Counted from the stretch's first letter, positions 48,402 to 58,659 are shown. The stretch: DNA of 64,000 bases from Halieaceae bacterium (GCA_902520195.1 CABYND010000009.1:24794-88793); one strand, 5' to 3'. Program-made: numbers and translations. Notes: generated by a model not told the origin, from the letters alone.

Positions 48402-48916
48402 CAGGCGTTATCTCGCTGTCGGAGTGTCGTCAGCGCGCGCGCGATCTGCGCCACGGCTTGAAGCGCGAGTAACACCGCCATCACGGGGATCAGCGTTTTC
48501 AATAGGTAGACGAGGGGCAGCCCGCCAGGCTCCGGAGAGGCTTCTTTGGCAGCCCAACTGTCGATCACGTAGTCCCAGGAACCCCAGCCAATCAAACCGC
48601 ACAATGGCAGGGTGAAGACAACATGACCGAGCCCGTTGACCCACGCTTGCTGCCGCGCTGAGAAGCGCCGATAGAAGATATCAACGCGAACGTGTTGGTC
48701 AGCCTGCAATGCCGCCGCAGCGCCCAACATAAAAATGGCGGCGTGTAGGTACTGCACGGTTTCCTGAGCGGCGATGGCGCCGGTATTGAAGCCGTAGCGC
48801 AACACTACGATCACCAGTACCAGTAGCGCCATGACGGGGACACACCAGGAGACGGTGCGTCCCAGCCAAACGATGCCTTGATCCAGTGTGTTCGCCGGGT
48901 GGGCGTCGGGTGGCAT
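48401..48916 (-). CDS. TRAP transporter small permease (DctQ)
   Basis: Four TM segments, HVRVDIFY and EASPEPGGLP motifs. Overlaps the dctM start. Confidence 0.92.
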   Translation of the reverse strand: MPPDAHPANTLDQGIVWLGRTVSWCVPVMALLVLVIVVLRYGFNTGAIAAQETVQYLHAAIFMLGAAAALQADQHVRVDIFYRRFSARQQAWVNGLGHVVFTLPLCGLIGWGSWDYVIDSWAAKEASPEPGGLPLVYLLKTLIPVMAVLLALQAVAQIARALTTLRQRDNA

Positions 48917-48991
48917 GAGAATCCCGCGGTTTTTATCGTAGACAGGCAAGGTTATCATTCTGACTTAGCAGATTGCAGAAGAGGCGAACCC

Positions 48992-49768
48992 GTGCTTTCT
49001 ATTCTGTCGCCGGCCAAGACCCTCGATTACGAGACCGCGCCGACCACTAAAAAATCAACCCAGCCCTTATTTATTGATCAGGCTGCGTCGCTGGTGAACA
49101 TCGCCCGAAAGATGGACCCTGTGGACATTCAGGACTTGATGGGGGTATCGGAGAAAATCGCCACCCTGAATCACGAGCGCTTCATGAATTGGGAGCCCGA
49201 CTTCTCGCTGAAGAATGCCAAACAGTCTGTGCTGGCCTTCAAGGGTGACGTCTATACGGGGCTGCAGGCAGAGACTTTGAGCGCGGACGAATTGGCCTTC
49301 GCGCAGAAGCATCTGCGTATTCTTTCCGGTCTGTATGGACTGTTGCGACCGCTGGACCTCATGCAGCCGTACCGGCTGGAAATGGGTCTGCCCTTTGCCA
49401 ACGCGGGCGGCAAAAACCTCTATGAGTTCTGGGGTGATCGCATTACCGAGACTTTGGGTCAGCACCTTAGAGCGAGCGGTAGTCCGGTCCTGGTCAATCT
49501 AGCCTCCAATGAGTACTTCAAAGCGGTGAAGCCCAAGTCACTGGATGTTCAGGTGATTACACCGCAGTTCCGCGACCTGAAAAACGGCCAATACAAAATG
49601 ATTTCCTTCTTCGCCAAGAAGGCGCGCGGGGTTATGGCGCGTTACATTATCCAAAAGGGGCTCAACGAACCCGGAGGGCTCAAGCGCTTCAAGGGTGATG
49701 GCTACTACTACAGCCCGGAACATTCAGAGGGGAACAACTGGGTATTCCTGCGCGACGCGCCCTCTTAG
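48992..49768 (+). CDS. yaaA: Peroxide stress protein YaaA
   Basis: LSPAKTLD, LRILSGLYGLLRPLD, NLASNEYF and SFFAKKARG motifs. GTG start at 48992. Confidence 0.95.
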   Translation: MLSILSPAKTLDYETAPTTKKSTQPLFIDQAASLVNIARKMDPVDIQDLMGVSEKIATLNHERFMNWEPDFSLKNAKQSVLAFKGDVYTGLQAETLSADELAFAQKHLRILSGLYGLLRPLDLMQPYRLEMGLPFANAGGKNLYEFWGDRITETLGQHLRASGSPVLVNLASNEYFKAVKPKSLDVQVITPQFRDLKNGQYKMISFFAKKARGVMARYIIQKGLNEPGGLKRFKGDGYYYSPEHSEGNNWVFLRDAPS

Positions 49769-50916
49769 GGCTGAGCACTCTCCTGCTTGAAGGGCAATAA
49801 CGTCGCGGCCTCACGCTGGTATGCGCGGACCTGTTGCGACTCCTGTTCCGCGAACTGCGCCACGGCTTCCCGCAAGCGATCGTCGACAATCCAGTGATTG
49901 GAATAGGTCAGAATCGGCTCGAATCCGCGCTGGATTTTGTGCTCCCCTTGTGCGCCAGGGTCGAAGCGCGACAGCCCTGCCTCAATACAGTACTCGATGC
50001 CACGGTAATAGCAGGCCTCGAAATGCAGGAACTCAAATTCTGCGAGGCAGCCCCAGTAGCGCCCGTACAGAGTGTCATCCCCTTCAAAAAAAAGCGACGC
50101 CGCGACGGGCTGTTGTTCCCGTTCTGCGATGACCATGACCGGCACCTGCCCCAACGCCGGGCAGGTCTCGGTAAAAAATCTTTCCGTGAGATAGCCACCG
50201 TGTCCTGAGCGTTTGGCATAGGTTGTCTGGTAACAGCGGTGAAAAAACTGCCACGCCTCAGGGCCAATCGCCTCGCCCTTCAGTGTTTTGAGTGAGAGCC
50301 CCTGACGGGAGATCTGCTCACGTTCGCGTCGCAGATTCTTGCGCTTGCGACTGGTAAAGCGATCGAGAAAGTCCTGAAAGTCTCGGTATTCGCGGTTAAA
50401 CCAGTGAAATTGTGTGGTCAGTCGCTGTGGCATCTCGCAGCGGCGCAGCTGCTCTGAGGTGGCCTCATCCAGAAACAACACATGCCAGCTGGAGATCTCA
50501 AGCTCCGCGCTCAAGGCTTTGACACAAGTCGCCATGGTGGCGGGTGCATCAGCGTCTCCGGTCAGATCACCCAGCCGCCGTCCGGATGCTGGCGTGAAGG
50601 GTACTGCTGTCACCAGTTTGGGGTAGTAACGCAGACCCATGCGCTGCCAGGCATCCGCCCAGGACCAGTCAAAAACATATTCGCCGTAGCTGTGGTTTTT
50701 CAGATATGCGGGCAGTACGCCGACGGGCGCGCCGCTCTGCTCGAGCGTGATATGCGCCGGTTCCCAGCCGCTCTCGGCGGTGGTGCAGGCTGAGGTTTCG
50801 AGCCCGTGCAAAAAATCCCAGCGCAAAAAAGGATCGCTGTCACCAAAGCAGGATTGCCACAAAGAGGCGTCCAGCTCGGCGATAGACCGATGCAGCTTGG
50901 CGTCAAAGGTCTCCAT
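49765..50916 (-). CDS. FemAB-like GNAT family protein (DUF482)
   Basis: HSYGEYVFDWSWA, YYPKL..AVPFTP, LYGRYWG, LHFEACYY and GAQGEHKIQRGF motifs. Confidence 0.9.
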   Translation of the reverse strand: METFDAKLHRSIAELDASLWQSCFGDSDPFLRWDFLHGLETSACTTAESGWEPAHITLEQSGAPVGVLPAYLKNHSYGEYVFDWSWADAWQRMGLRYYPKLVTAVPFTPASGRRLGDLTGDADAPATMATCVKALSAELEISSWHVLFLDEATSEQLRRCEMPQRLTTQFHWFNREYRDFQDFLDRFTSRKRKNLRREREQISRQGLSLKTLKGEAIGPEAWQFFHRCYQTTYAKRSGHGGYLTERFFTETCPALGQVPVMVIAEREQQPVAASLFFEGDDTLYGRYWGCLAEFEFLHFEACYYRGIEYCIEAGLSRFDPGAQGEHKIQRGFEPILTYSNHWIVDDRLREAVAQFAEQESQQVRAYQREAATLLPFKQESAQP

Positions 50917-50921
50917 CGAGC

Positions 50922-51833
50922 TCAGCCGGCGCTGGCGCTGATCCAGAAGTGGCCACAAAGCCCCATGAGAATGATCAGGCCGATCCACTTGCTCTGGTTG
51001 AAGGCCGCAAAGCACTGTGTGATGTCGCGGTCGCGGATCAGCCACAGATGCCGGGCAAAGAGGATGCCCACGGCGCTGACGGCAGCGTAATAGATCGGAC
51101 CCAATGAGAACGCTACCCCACAGCGCCAAAAAGCGATGAAGCTAAGGCATTGCAACAAACCAATGATCCGCACATCGAGGTTGCCAAAGAGAATGGCGGT
51201 GGATTTGATGCCCACCGACAGGTCGTCTTCACGATCAACCATGGCGTATTGCGTGTCATAGACCACTGTCCACAATAAATTGGCACTAAACAGCCACCAC
51301 AGTTTACTGGGTAAGGCATTGATGCTCGCCGCGAACGCCATGGGAATGCTCCACGAGAAGGCAATGCCAAGCGCGATTTGTGGCAGGTGCGTGATCCGCT
51401 TCATCAGGGGATAGATCATTGCCAGCCCCGCTCCCGCCAAGGACAGCTTAATGGTCAGCGGGTTGGTCAGTGCCACCAGGCCTAGTGCGATAGCCAGCAA
51501 TAACAAGAGCAGTGCTACCGCCTCTTTGACGGTCAGTGCACCGGTGACCAGCGGGCGCAGCCGCGTGCGTTCGACGTGACCATCGAGATTGCGGTCAGCG
51601 AGGTCATTGGCAATGCATCCCGCAGCCCGCATGACTACGATGCCGGCCGAAAAGATGGCGAGCAGTCGCAGGCTTGGGAAACCTTCGTTAGCCAGCGCGA
51701 TACCCCATAGTGTGGGGGCGGCCAACAAGAAGGTACCGATCGGTTTGTCGAAGCGCATGATCCCGAGCGCGGCGCGCCATTTGGACGGACCGCCAAGTTC
51801 AGGGGTGTTCAACGAAGAGGATGGCTCACTCAA
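50922..51833 (-). CDS. ubiA: 4-hydroxybenzoate polyprenyltransferase
   Basis: RFDKPIG, NDLADRNLDGHVERT and YDTQYAMVDREDD motifs. Confidence 0.95.
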   Translation of the reverse strand: MSEPSSSLNTPELGGPSKWRAALGIMRFDKPIGTFLLAAPTLWGIALANEGFPSLRLLAIFSAGIVVMRAAGCIANDLADRNLDGHVERTRLRPLVTGALTVKEAVALLLLLLAIALGLVALTNPLTIKLSLAGAGLAMIYPLMKRITHLPQIALGIAFSWSIPMAFAASINALPSKLWWLFSANLLWTVVYDTQYAMVDREDDLSVGIKSTAILFGNLDVRIIGLLQCLSFIAFWRCGVAFSLGPIYYAAVSAVGILFARHLWLIRDRDITQCFAAFNQSKWIGLIILMGLCGHFWISASAG

Positions 51834-51901
51834 AGGACTGTATTCGTGACTCGCGGCCTCACAGTCTAGCGGCCTGTGGGTGGGGATGCGACATCGTGCA
51901 G

Positions 51902-53965
51902 TCAGACTCGCGCAAAGTCTGCGCGGGCACCTGCCCAGCGCTGCATCAGGGCTTTTGCGCGGCCGGGGTCGCGTGCGTAAAGCCTCGCCGCGATGTCCTG
52001 CGCCTCGACCAGCAGTGGTTCGTGCTCTGGCAATAGGGCAATCCGGAATGCCGCGAGACCTGTTTGCCGCGTTCCGAGCAACTCACCCGGCCCACGGATT
52101 TCGAGATCGGCTTCAGCGATGACAAAGCCATCATGGGACTCCTGCATCACTTTAAGACGTTGTTGGGCGGTGTCGGAAAGCGGCTGTCGATACAGCAACA
52201 GGCAGTGGCTGTCGACGGCGCCGCGCCCGACCCGTCCTCTCAGCTGATGCAGTTGGGCGAGCCCTAAGCGCTCAGCGTTGTCGATGATCATCAGGCTCGC
52301 GTTGGGAACGTCAACGCCTACTTCAATCACCGTGGTAGCCACCAACAGCTGAATTTCGCCGGCCTTGAACGCGGCCATTACGGTGGCTTTCTCGGCGGGC
52401 TTCAGCTTGCCGTGCACGAGGCCAATCTGTGCATCAGGGAGCGCTTGTTGCAATTGATCAAGTGTGGCCTCCGCCGCCTCGATATCCAACGTGTCCCTTT
52501 CCCCGATGGCGGTGCAGACCCAATATGCCTGCCTGCCCTCTCGGCAAGCACTGCCCACGCGCCGCATCACCGCGTCGCGACGTGTGTGGTCCATCAGTGT
52601 CGTGGTAACCGGCTGGCGGCCCGGTGGTAATTCGTCAATGACCGAGCAGTCAAGATCGCCATAAGCCACCATGGCCAGTGAACGTGGGATTGGCGTAGCG
52701 GTCAGTGCCAATTGATGCGGATGCTCGTCGCCAACACCCTTATCAGCCAGTGATAGCCGCTGGTGCACACCGAAACGGTGCTGTTCATCGACAATGATCA
52801 GACCGAGTCGATGAAAGTGCACGTCATGTTGAAACAGCGCATGGGTGCCAACGACCAGAGGCGCGTCGCCACTCGCCAGCGCTTGCAGGACTTGCTGTCT
52901 CGCTTGGCCTTTGGTTCGACCGCTGAGCCAGGCCACCGGCTGACCGAGGGGGGTCAGCCAGGCGTCGAGGGTGGCGAAGTGTTGCTCTGCAAGTAATTCG
53001 GTCGGCGCCATGAAGGCGACCTGATACCCGGCGGCGATCGTATCCAGCGCCGCGCGCGCCGCCACCAGTGTCTTTCCCGAACCCACGTCCCCCTGAACCA
53101 GTCTGAGCATGGGCTGTGTTTGTGCCATATCCTCTGCCAGCTCGATGGCAACGCGCTCCTGCGCGGCGGTGGGCGCAAAGGGAAGTGCCTCGAGGAATGC
53201 TGCCGCGGTGGGCGATGAGGGCGCAATGGCCGGCGCGGGGTGGCGCCGCTCAGTGTCCCGGACGCCCTGCACGGTCAGTTGATGCGCGATGAGTTCTTCC
53301 CTGGCCAGCCGGATTTGTGCGGGGTGCGTTCCCTCTAGAATCTGACTGAGCGCCGCGGTCGCTGGCGGGTTGTGCAGGAAGGCGATGGCTTCGGTGAGGC
53401 TCACGCGATCATCTGTGATCCCGTCGAGTAAGTCTTCAGGGGGCTCGTTGCTAAGTAGGGCGAGCGCCTGCCCACAGAGCTTCCGCCAGGTGCTTTGACC
53501 CAGACCGCTGACCGTTGGATACACGGGCGTCAGTGCGGCCTCTAAAAGTTGCGCACCCTCCCCCAGTCGGTACTCGGGATGCACCATTTCGATTTGCCCG
53601 CCCAGCCACCGAGGTGTGCCGAACAGCTGTATGGTTGAGCCTTGCTTGAATTGTGAGACCTGCGCCTGTCGAAAGTGGAAAAACCGCAGGGTGAGCAGCC
53701 CGGTTCCGTCATCGACTTTCACCACCAGCGTTCGTCTGCGGCCCATGGTGACGGCAGCAGCGCGGACCTCTGCCTCGACGACGGCATCAACCTGGTCGCG
53801 CAAGCCGCCAATGGCCGAGATTTTCGTGCGGTCCTGATAACGGAGCGGAAAATGAAACAGCAAATCTTCCAGCGTGCGGATGCCGATATCTGCCAGTCTG
53901 GACGCCATCTTGTCTCCTACCCCGCGCAGGACTGTGACAGGATGTTGAAGAATGCTTTGGCTCAA
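51902..53965 (-). CDS. recG: ATP-dependent DNA helicase RecG
   Basis: QGDVGSGKT, DEQHRFGV, TATPIPRSL and QLRGRVGRG motifs. Start probably TTG 53965. Confidence 0.96.
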   Translation of the reverse strand: MSQSILQHPVTVLRGVGDKMASRLADIGIRTLEDLLFHFPLRYQDRTKISAIGGLRDQVDAVVEAEVRAAAVTMGRRRTLVVKVDDGTGLLTLRFFHFRQAQVSQFKQGSTIQLFGTPRWLGGQIEMVHPEYRLGEGAQLLEAALTPVYPTVSGLGQSTWRKLCGQALALLSNEPPEDLLDGITDDRVSLTEAIAFLHNPPATAALSQILEGTHPAQIRLAREELIAHQLTVQGVRDTERRHPAPAIAPSSPTAAAFLEALPFAPTAAQERVAIELAEDMAQTQPMLRLVQGDVGSGKTLVAARAALDTIAAGYQVAFMAPTELLAEQHFATLDAWLTPLGQPVAWLSGRTKGQARQQVLQALASGDAPLVVGTHALFQHDVHFHRLGLIIVDEQHRFGVHQRLSLADKGVGDEHPHQLALTATPIPRSLAMVAYGDLDCSVIDELPPGRQPVTTTLMDHTRRDAVMRRVGSACREGRQAYWVCTAIGERDTLDIEAAEATLDQLQQALPDAQIGLVHGKLKPAEKATVMAAFKAGEIQLLVATTVIEVGVDVPNASLMIIDNAERLGLAQLHQLRGRVGRGAVDSHCLLLYRQPLSDTAQQRLKVMQESHDGFVIAEADLEIRGPGELLGTRQTGLAAFRIALLPEHEPLLVEAQDIAARLYARDPGRAKALMQRWAGARADFARV

Positions 53966-54036
53966 ACGCGCCCCGGTCAAAAAAGGCTTCGTGGTAGGCT
54001 CGTATCTTAGCGATTGTTTGATAAGGCCGTGAAGCC

Positions 54037-54870
54037 ATGCAGGTGTTGATCCTTGGCTGTGGTGATATTGGTACGCGCGTGGGCCTGTCCTTGCTTGAAG
54101 GTGGGTGGCGCGTTGCGGCGGCGCGTCGCAACCCGGAGCGGTTGCCCGATCAATTTGACCGTCACACAGTGAATCTCGCGGATCCGGCAAGCTGGGGGTC
54201 GCTGGATGCTGTGGCGCCGGACTATGTGGTGGTGACCCCGACCCCCCAATCCTATGATCCCGCGGGGTATCAGGCAGGGTTCGCTGGGGTCGCCAAGACG
54301 CTCGCTAGCCAGAAGTGGATCGCGCGGTGCCACAGGGTGATCTGGGTGTCTTCTACCCGGGTTTACCGGGAATCAGGGGGCGGTTGGGTGGACGAGCATT
54401 CGCCGCTGAATCTCGATGAGGCGCAAGCCAGCTCAATGATTGCTGGGGAGGTGGCGATTCGCCGCGCGGCGACCGCGACCATCATCCGTCCCGCCGGGGT
54501 ATACGGAGACCCGGAGGGGATGCTGATGCGACGGGTGCGTGTCGGCGAGGGCGGCGCAACGACCGCATTGTATGGCAACCGCATCCATCGCGAGGATTTA
54601 GCGCGGCTCATTGTTCATTGCATCGATCGTGACGTCGCCGGTCAGTCGGTGCCGCCGACAGTGGTCGGCGCCGATGATGATCAGACCCCGACCCATGAGA
54701 TTGAAGACTGGTTGGCGGATCAGATTGGGGTCACCCTGACCAGGCCGCCTGATCCATCGCCTCTCCGCGCCAACCGGCGCTGCCGAAATGCACTCCTAGA
54801 GAAAATAGGTTTTCAACTTTCCTACCCTACTTGGCGAGAGGGATACGAAGCGATGCTGGGTCAAGCGTGA
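54037..54870 (+). CDS. NAD-dependent epimerase/dehydratase (atypical SDR)
   Basis: ILGCGDIG, SSTRVY and NRIHREDLA motifs. Confidence 0.88.
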   Translation: MQVLILGCGDIGTRVGLSLLEGGWRVAAARRNPERLPDQFDRHTVNLADPASWGSLDAVAPDYVVVTPTPQSYDPAGYQAGFAGVAKTLASQKWIARCHRVIWVSSTRVYRESGGGWVDEHSPLNLDEAQASSMIAGEVAIRRAATATIIRPAGVYGDPEGMLMRRVRVGEGGATTALYGNRIHREDLARLIVHCIDRDVAGQSVPPTVVGADDDQTPTHEIEDWLADQIGVTLTRPPDPSPLRANRRCRNALLEKIGFQLSYPTWREGYEAMLGQA

Positions 54871-54916
54871 GAGGTTGATGCCCTCGGTTACCACAGAGCA
54901 GGCGTCTGTAAAGGCG

Positions 54917-55300
54917 TTACAACGACAGAATTGCCTCGACCTCAATACGAGCGCCTTTGGGTAGCGCCGCAACTTGAACACAGGCTCTAGCGGGATACGG
55001 CTCCTCAAAGTGGCGCGCCATGACCGTGTTGACTGCATCGAAGTCACCTAGATCGGTCAGCGAAATATTGATTTTCACGGCGTTGTCTAGCGTGCCACCC
55101 GCGGCTTCTGCCACCGCACTCAGGTTACTGAAGACCTGCTCGGCCTCTGCGCTGATATCGCCCTCAACCATGGTCATGGAAGCGGGGTCGAGCGGTATCT
55201 GCCCGGATATCCAGAGGGTATTCCCCACCTTAATGCCCTGTGAGTAGGGCCCTATAGCCTGAGGCGCTGCCTGGGTAGCAATAACGGCTCTGTTGGACAC
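54917..55300 (-). CDS. RidA family enamine/imine deaminase
   Basis: APQAIGPYSQ, SGQIPLDP and PYPARA..V..LPKG..IE motifs. GTG 55300 with GAGGAG RBS. Confidence 0.93.
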   Translation of the reverse strand: MSNRAVIATQAAPQAIGPYSQGIKVGNTLWISGQIPLDPASMTMVEGDISAEAEQVFSNLSAVAEAAGGTLDNAVKINISLTDLGDFDAVNTVMARHFEEPYPARACVQVAALPKGARIEVEAILSL

Positions 55301-55410
55301 AACGGTCTCCTCTGGTTGGGCGCGCAGCGCCCCATTGAATACCGGACTGATGAGGGCTGCAAGGCCGAGCATAAAGCTGCGGCGTTGAGTCTTCAGATCT
55401 AACAAATCGA

Positions 55411-57630
55411 CTAGCGGCGGGCGCTGCGCACTACTCTGAGCACGCCCTCGACACCGCGCAGTCGCTTCATTACATGCGCTAAATGGGTACGACTGCTGAC
55501 CTGAAGCTCTAGGTCTACAAAGGTGAATTCCACGTCCTTGTTCTGTGTGGCAATACGCTCGATGTTGAGGCCAATGGCGCTGAGCCGTGTCGCCAGAACG
55601 GCAATCATGCCGCGGCGGTTTTCTACCTGTACTCTGAGTCCGAGGGGATAGTTTCGCTCCACTTCTTCGTCCCAATGGAGTGAAATCAACCGGTCGGGCT
55701 GTTCTCGCAGTTCCAGAAGGTTGCGACAGCTATCCCGATGCACCATGAGCCCCTTTTCCTGCCCGAGATAACCCTGAATCGCGTCACCCGGTAGCGGGCA
55801 ACAGCATTTGGCGTAGGTGACGCCCACGCCCTCGGTGCCACGGATGCCTAGTGTGGCCGCCTCGCCGCCAACGGCAGAGTTGTCACTGGTGCTGGTGAGG
55901 TGGGCGACGGCAATATGGGGCAACGTATTGCCCAGCGCGACATCCACCAGCAACGTCTCGATGTCGGCTTTGCCCAAAGCGGACAGCGCGGCCTGCATGG
56001 TGTCGTCTTCGATGGCGTTCAGCCGCGTGCCGTGGGCCATTAACGCCCGATCCAGCAAGTTGCGACCCAACGCCAGCGAGTCTTCGCGGCGCTGATCTTT
56101 CAAAAAGTGCCGGATATGGGTTCGGGCACGGGCGGTCACGACCCAGTTCAGCCAAGAGGGGCTTGGCCGGCCTGTTGGCGAGGTCACGATCTCGATCGTC
56201 GCGCCGCTTTCCAGGGGCTCAGACAGTGGCACTAGTTGATTGCTGACCCGTGCGGCGACACAGTGATTACCAATGTCACTGTGCACGGCATAGGCAAAAT
56301 CCAGCGCACAGGATCCCTTGGGCAGCTCGAGAATGTCTCCGCGCGGTGTAAAGACGTACACCTCGTCGGAGAACAGGTCGATCTTGACGTTTTCAATGAA
56401 CTCCAGCGAGTCGCCGGCGCGCTGCTGCATTTCCAGCAGGCCTTGCACCCACTCCCGCGCCCGAGTGTGGGAGATACTCGCCCCTGTTTCCTCGCTCTTG
56501 TAGAGCCAATGGGCGGCGATACCGTTGTTAGCCATATCTTCCATTTCATGGGTTCGGATCTGGATTTCAATGGGCACACCGTGCATGCCCTTCAACACGG
56601 TGTGTAAAGACTGGTAACCGTTTGCTTTGGGAATGGCGATGTAGTCCTTGAACTCCCCAGGCACCGGCTTGTAAAGGCTGTGCACCATTCCCAGCGCGCG
56701 GTAGCAGTCATCGACTGAGTCGACGATCAGGCGAAAGGCAAAGATATCCATCACCTGAGAGAAGGATTTCCGCTTGGCCTTCATCTTGTTGTAGATGCTG
56801 TAGAGGTGCTTTTCCCGCCCTACGACGGTGGCATTGAGACCCTCGCGGTTTAGGGTCTGGCTCAATTGATCCCGAATCTGATCAACCAGTTGCTTCCGGT
56901 TGCCGCTCGCCGATCTTCGCGCGGCTTCGAGCCGTCTGGCGCGCATGGGGTAGAGCGCCTTTAGACCTAGATCCTCGAACTCCATGCGCACTTCGTTCAT
57001 CCCTAGGCGCATCGCGATGGGCGCGTATATATCCAGTGTCTCACTGGCAATGCGTTTGATTTTTTCTCGGTTCAATACGCCCAGCGTGCGCATGTTGTGC
57101 AGGCGATCCGCCAGCTTGACGAGGATGACGCGAATATCTTTCGCCATCGCCAAGGTCATTTTCTGGAAGTTTTCGGCTTGCCGGAGCTCAATCGAGTCAA
57201 ACTCCACGTGGGTCAGCTTGCTGACACCATCGACCAGCTCCGCAACCTCTCCACCGAATTGGGCACCAATGTCTTCCTTGTTGACGCCTGTATCCTCGAT
57301 CACATCATGCAGCAGCGCGGCCATCAGGCTCTGCGCGTCCATACGCATGCGAGCGAGAATGCTGGCCACCGCCAGAGGGTGAGTGACGTAGGGTTCCCCA
57401 CTGCGCCGGGTTTGGCCGTAGTGAGCTTGCTCGGAGTAATAGTATGCGCGCCTCACCAGCTGCGCCTGCTCCAGGGGCAGGTAGTCTGCAATTAACTGCT
57501 CAAAGGCGGCTAGTGAGCTATTGGCGAAGTGTCCCTCGCGGGGAATCGAATGTGCAGTGGCTGTTTGCCCCAGGCGGCTACCGATGCCGGGGAGAGATCC
57601 GCTGAGTGCTTGGAGTGTTGTTGCCACCAC
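55411..57630 (-). CDS. spoT: Bifunctional (p)ppGpp synthetase/hydrolase
   Basis: HD motif LLHDVIEDT, KLADRLHNMRT, KDYIAIPKANGYQSLHT, and TGS and ACT domains. Follows rpoZ. Confidence 0.96.
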   Translation of the reverse strand: MVATTLQALSGSLPGIGSRLGQTATAHSIPREGHFANSSLAAFEQLIADYLPLEQAQLVRRAYYYSEQAHYGQTRRSGEPYVTHPLAVASILARMRMDAQSLMAALLHDVIEDTGVNKEDIGAQFGGEVAELVDGVSKLTHVEFDSIELRQAENFQKMTLAMAKDIRVILVKLADRLHNMRTLGVLNREKIKRIASETLDIYAPIAMRLGMNEVRMEFEDLGLKALYPMRARRLEAARRSASGNRKQLVDQIRDQLSQTLNREGLNATVVGREKHLYSIYNKMKAKRKSFSQVMDIFAFRLIVDSVDDCYRALGMVHSLYKPVPGEFKDYIAIPKANGYQSLHTVLKGMHGVPIEIQIRTHEMEDMANNGIAAHWLYKSEETGASISHTRAREWVQGLLEMQQRAGDSLEFIENVKIDLFSDEVYVFTPRGDILELPKGSCALDFAYAVHSDIGNHCVAARVSNQLVPLSEPLESGATIEIVTSPTGRPSPSWLNWVVTARARTHIRHFLKDQRREDSLALGRNLLDRALMAHGTRLNAIEDDTMQAALSALGKADIETLLVDVALGNTLPHIAVAHLTSTSDNSAVGGEAATLGIRGTEGVGVTYAKCCCPLPGDAIQGYLGQEKGLMVHRDSCRNLLELREQPDRLISLHWDEEVERNYPLGLRVQVENRRGMIAVLATRLSAIGLNIERIATQNKDVEFTFVDLELQVSSRTHLAHVMKRLRGVEGVLRVVRSARR

Positions 57631-57648
57631 CGCCAGCGGACCCCGTGA

Positions 57649-57906
57649 TTAGAGGATGGGCGTCTCGAAGCTGGCCGCCAGTTCTTCCTCTGCTTCGATT
57701 TCGCTCTCGCGGGCGAGGACTTCCGGGGTAATCAAACCCTCGGCGATTTCTCGCAGCGCGATGACCGTGGCCTTGTCTGAGTCGTCCTCGACGAGTGGGT
57801 CGCGACCGCCGATCGCCATTTGCCGAGCGCGCTTGGCGGCCAACATGACCAATTCGAATCGGTTATCGACATTATCCAAACAATCTTCAACAGTTATTCT
57901 CGCCAT
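57649..57906 (-). CDS. rpoZ: RNA polymerase omega subunit
   Basis: [10 protein letters not shown]...NRFELV...ALREIAEG. Confidence 0.98.
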   Translation of the reverse strand: MARITVEDCLDNVDNRFELVMLAAKRARQMAIGGRDPLVEDDSDKATVIALREIAEGLITPEVLARESEIEAEEELAASFETPIL

Positions 57907-58029
57907 GACAGCGTGGTCTCCTTATTACTCACCGCGAGTCAACGCGGCCGAGCAGTATAGCGTAGGAAAGGGGTTTTCACCTCCCCGACAACGTCAATAT
58001 TGCCGGGAGTGCCTACCCTTACGAACAAA

Positions 58030-58650
58030 CTAGGTGAGCAGATCCTCAATGAGATCCTGAAGCGCCGACTGCTGCTGACCGGTGCGCAGGCGCAAAGAGC
58101 GCACCAGCGCCTGCAGGGCTTCCAGCGCCACGTCGAATTGATCATTGATGATCAGATAGTCGGCCTCATCCCAGTGCGACATTTCATCCCGCGCGGCACG
58201 CATTCTGAGGTCGATGGTGTCGTCTGCGTCCTGACCCCGCGCCTGCAGTCGGGACTTGAGCGCCTCCAGCGAGGGCGGCAAGATGAAGAGCCAAGCACTA
58301 TCCGGCAGCAGCTTCCTCACTTGCTGGGCGCCTTGCCAGTCAATTTCGAGAATCACGTCTGCGCCGTCGGACAGCCTGGCCTCCAGTTGGGTGAGGCTGG
58401 TGCCGTACAAATGATCGAAGACTTCTGCAGATTCAAAGAATGCGCCCGCCTCACGCATCTCATGAAAAGTTTCCGTCGAGACAAAGAAATAATTGACGCC
58501 CTCCACTTCGCCGGGGCGCTGCTGCCGGGTCGTGTGCGACACGGACACTTCAACCCGCTGATCCTGCTCCATCAATGCTTTGATCAGCGACGTCTTGCCC
58601 GCGCCGCTGGGCGCAGACACGATTAACAGCTGTCCTCTCGTCGCATTCAC
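58030..58650 (-). CDS. gmk: Guanylate kinase
   Basis: SAPSGAGKTS, SHTTR, YGTS and LEIDWQGA motifs. Confidence 0.97.
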   Translation of the reverse strand: MNATRGQLLIVSAPSGAGKTSLIKALMEQDQRVEVSVSHTTRQQRPGEVEGVNYFFVSTETFHEMREAGAFFESAEVFDHLYGTSLTQLEARLSDGADVILEIDWQGAQQVRKLLPDSAWLFILPPSLEALKSRLQARGQDADDTIDLRMRAARDEMSHWDEADYLIINDQFDVALEALQALVRSLRLRTGQQQSALQDLIEDLLT

Positions 58651-58659
58651 AGTCTAAGT

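Noticed and set aside
57200-57215. CCACGTGG core in spoT resembling parS
   Set aside because: The flanks do not match the parS palindrome arms.
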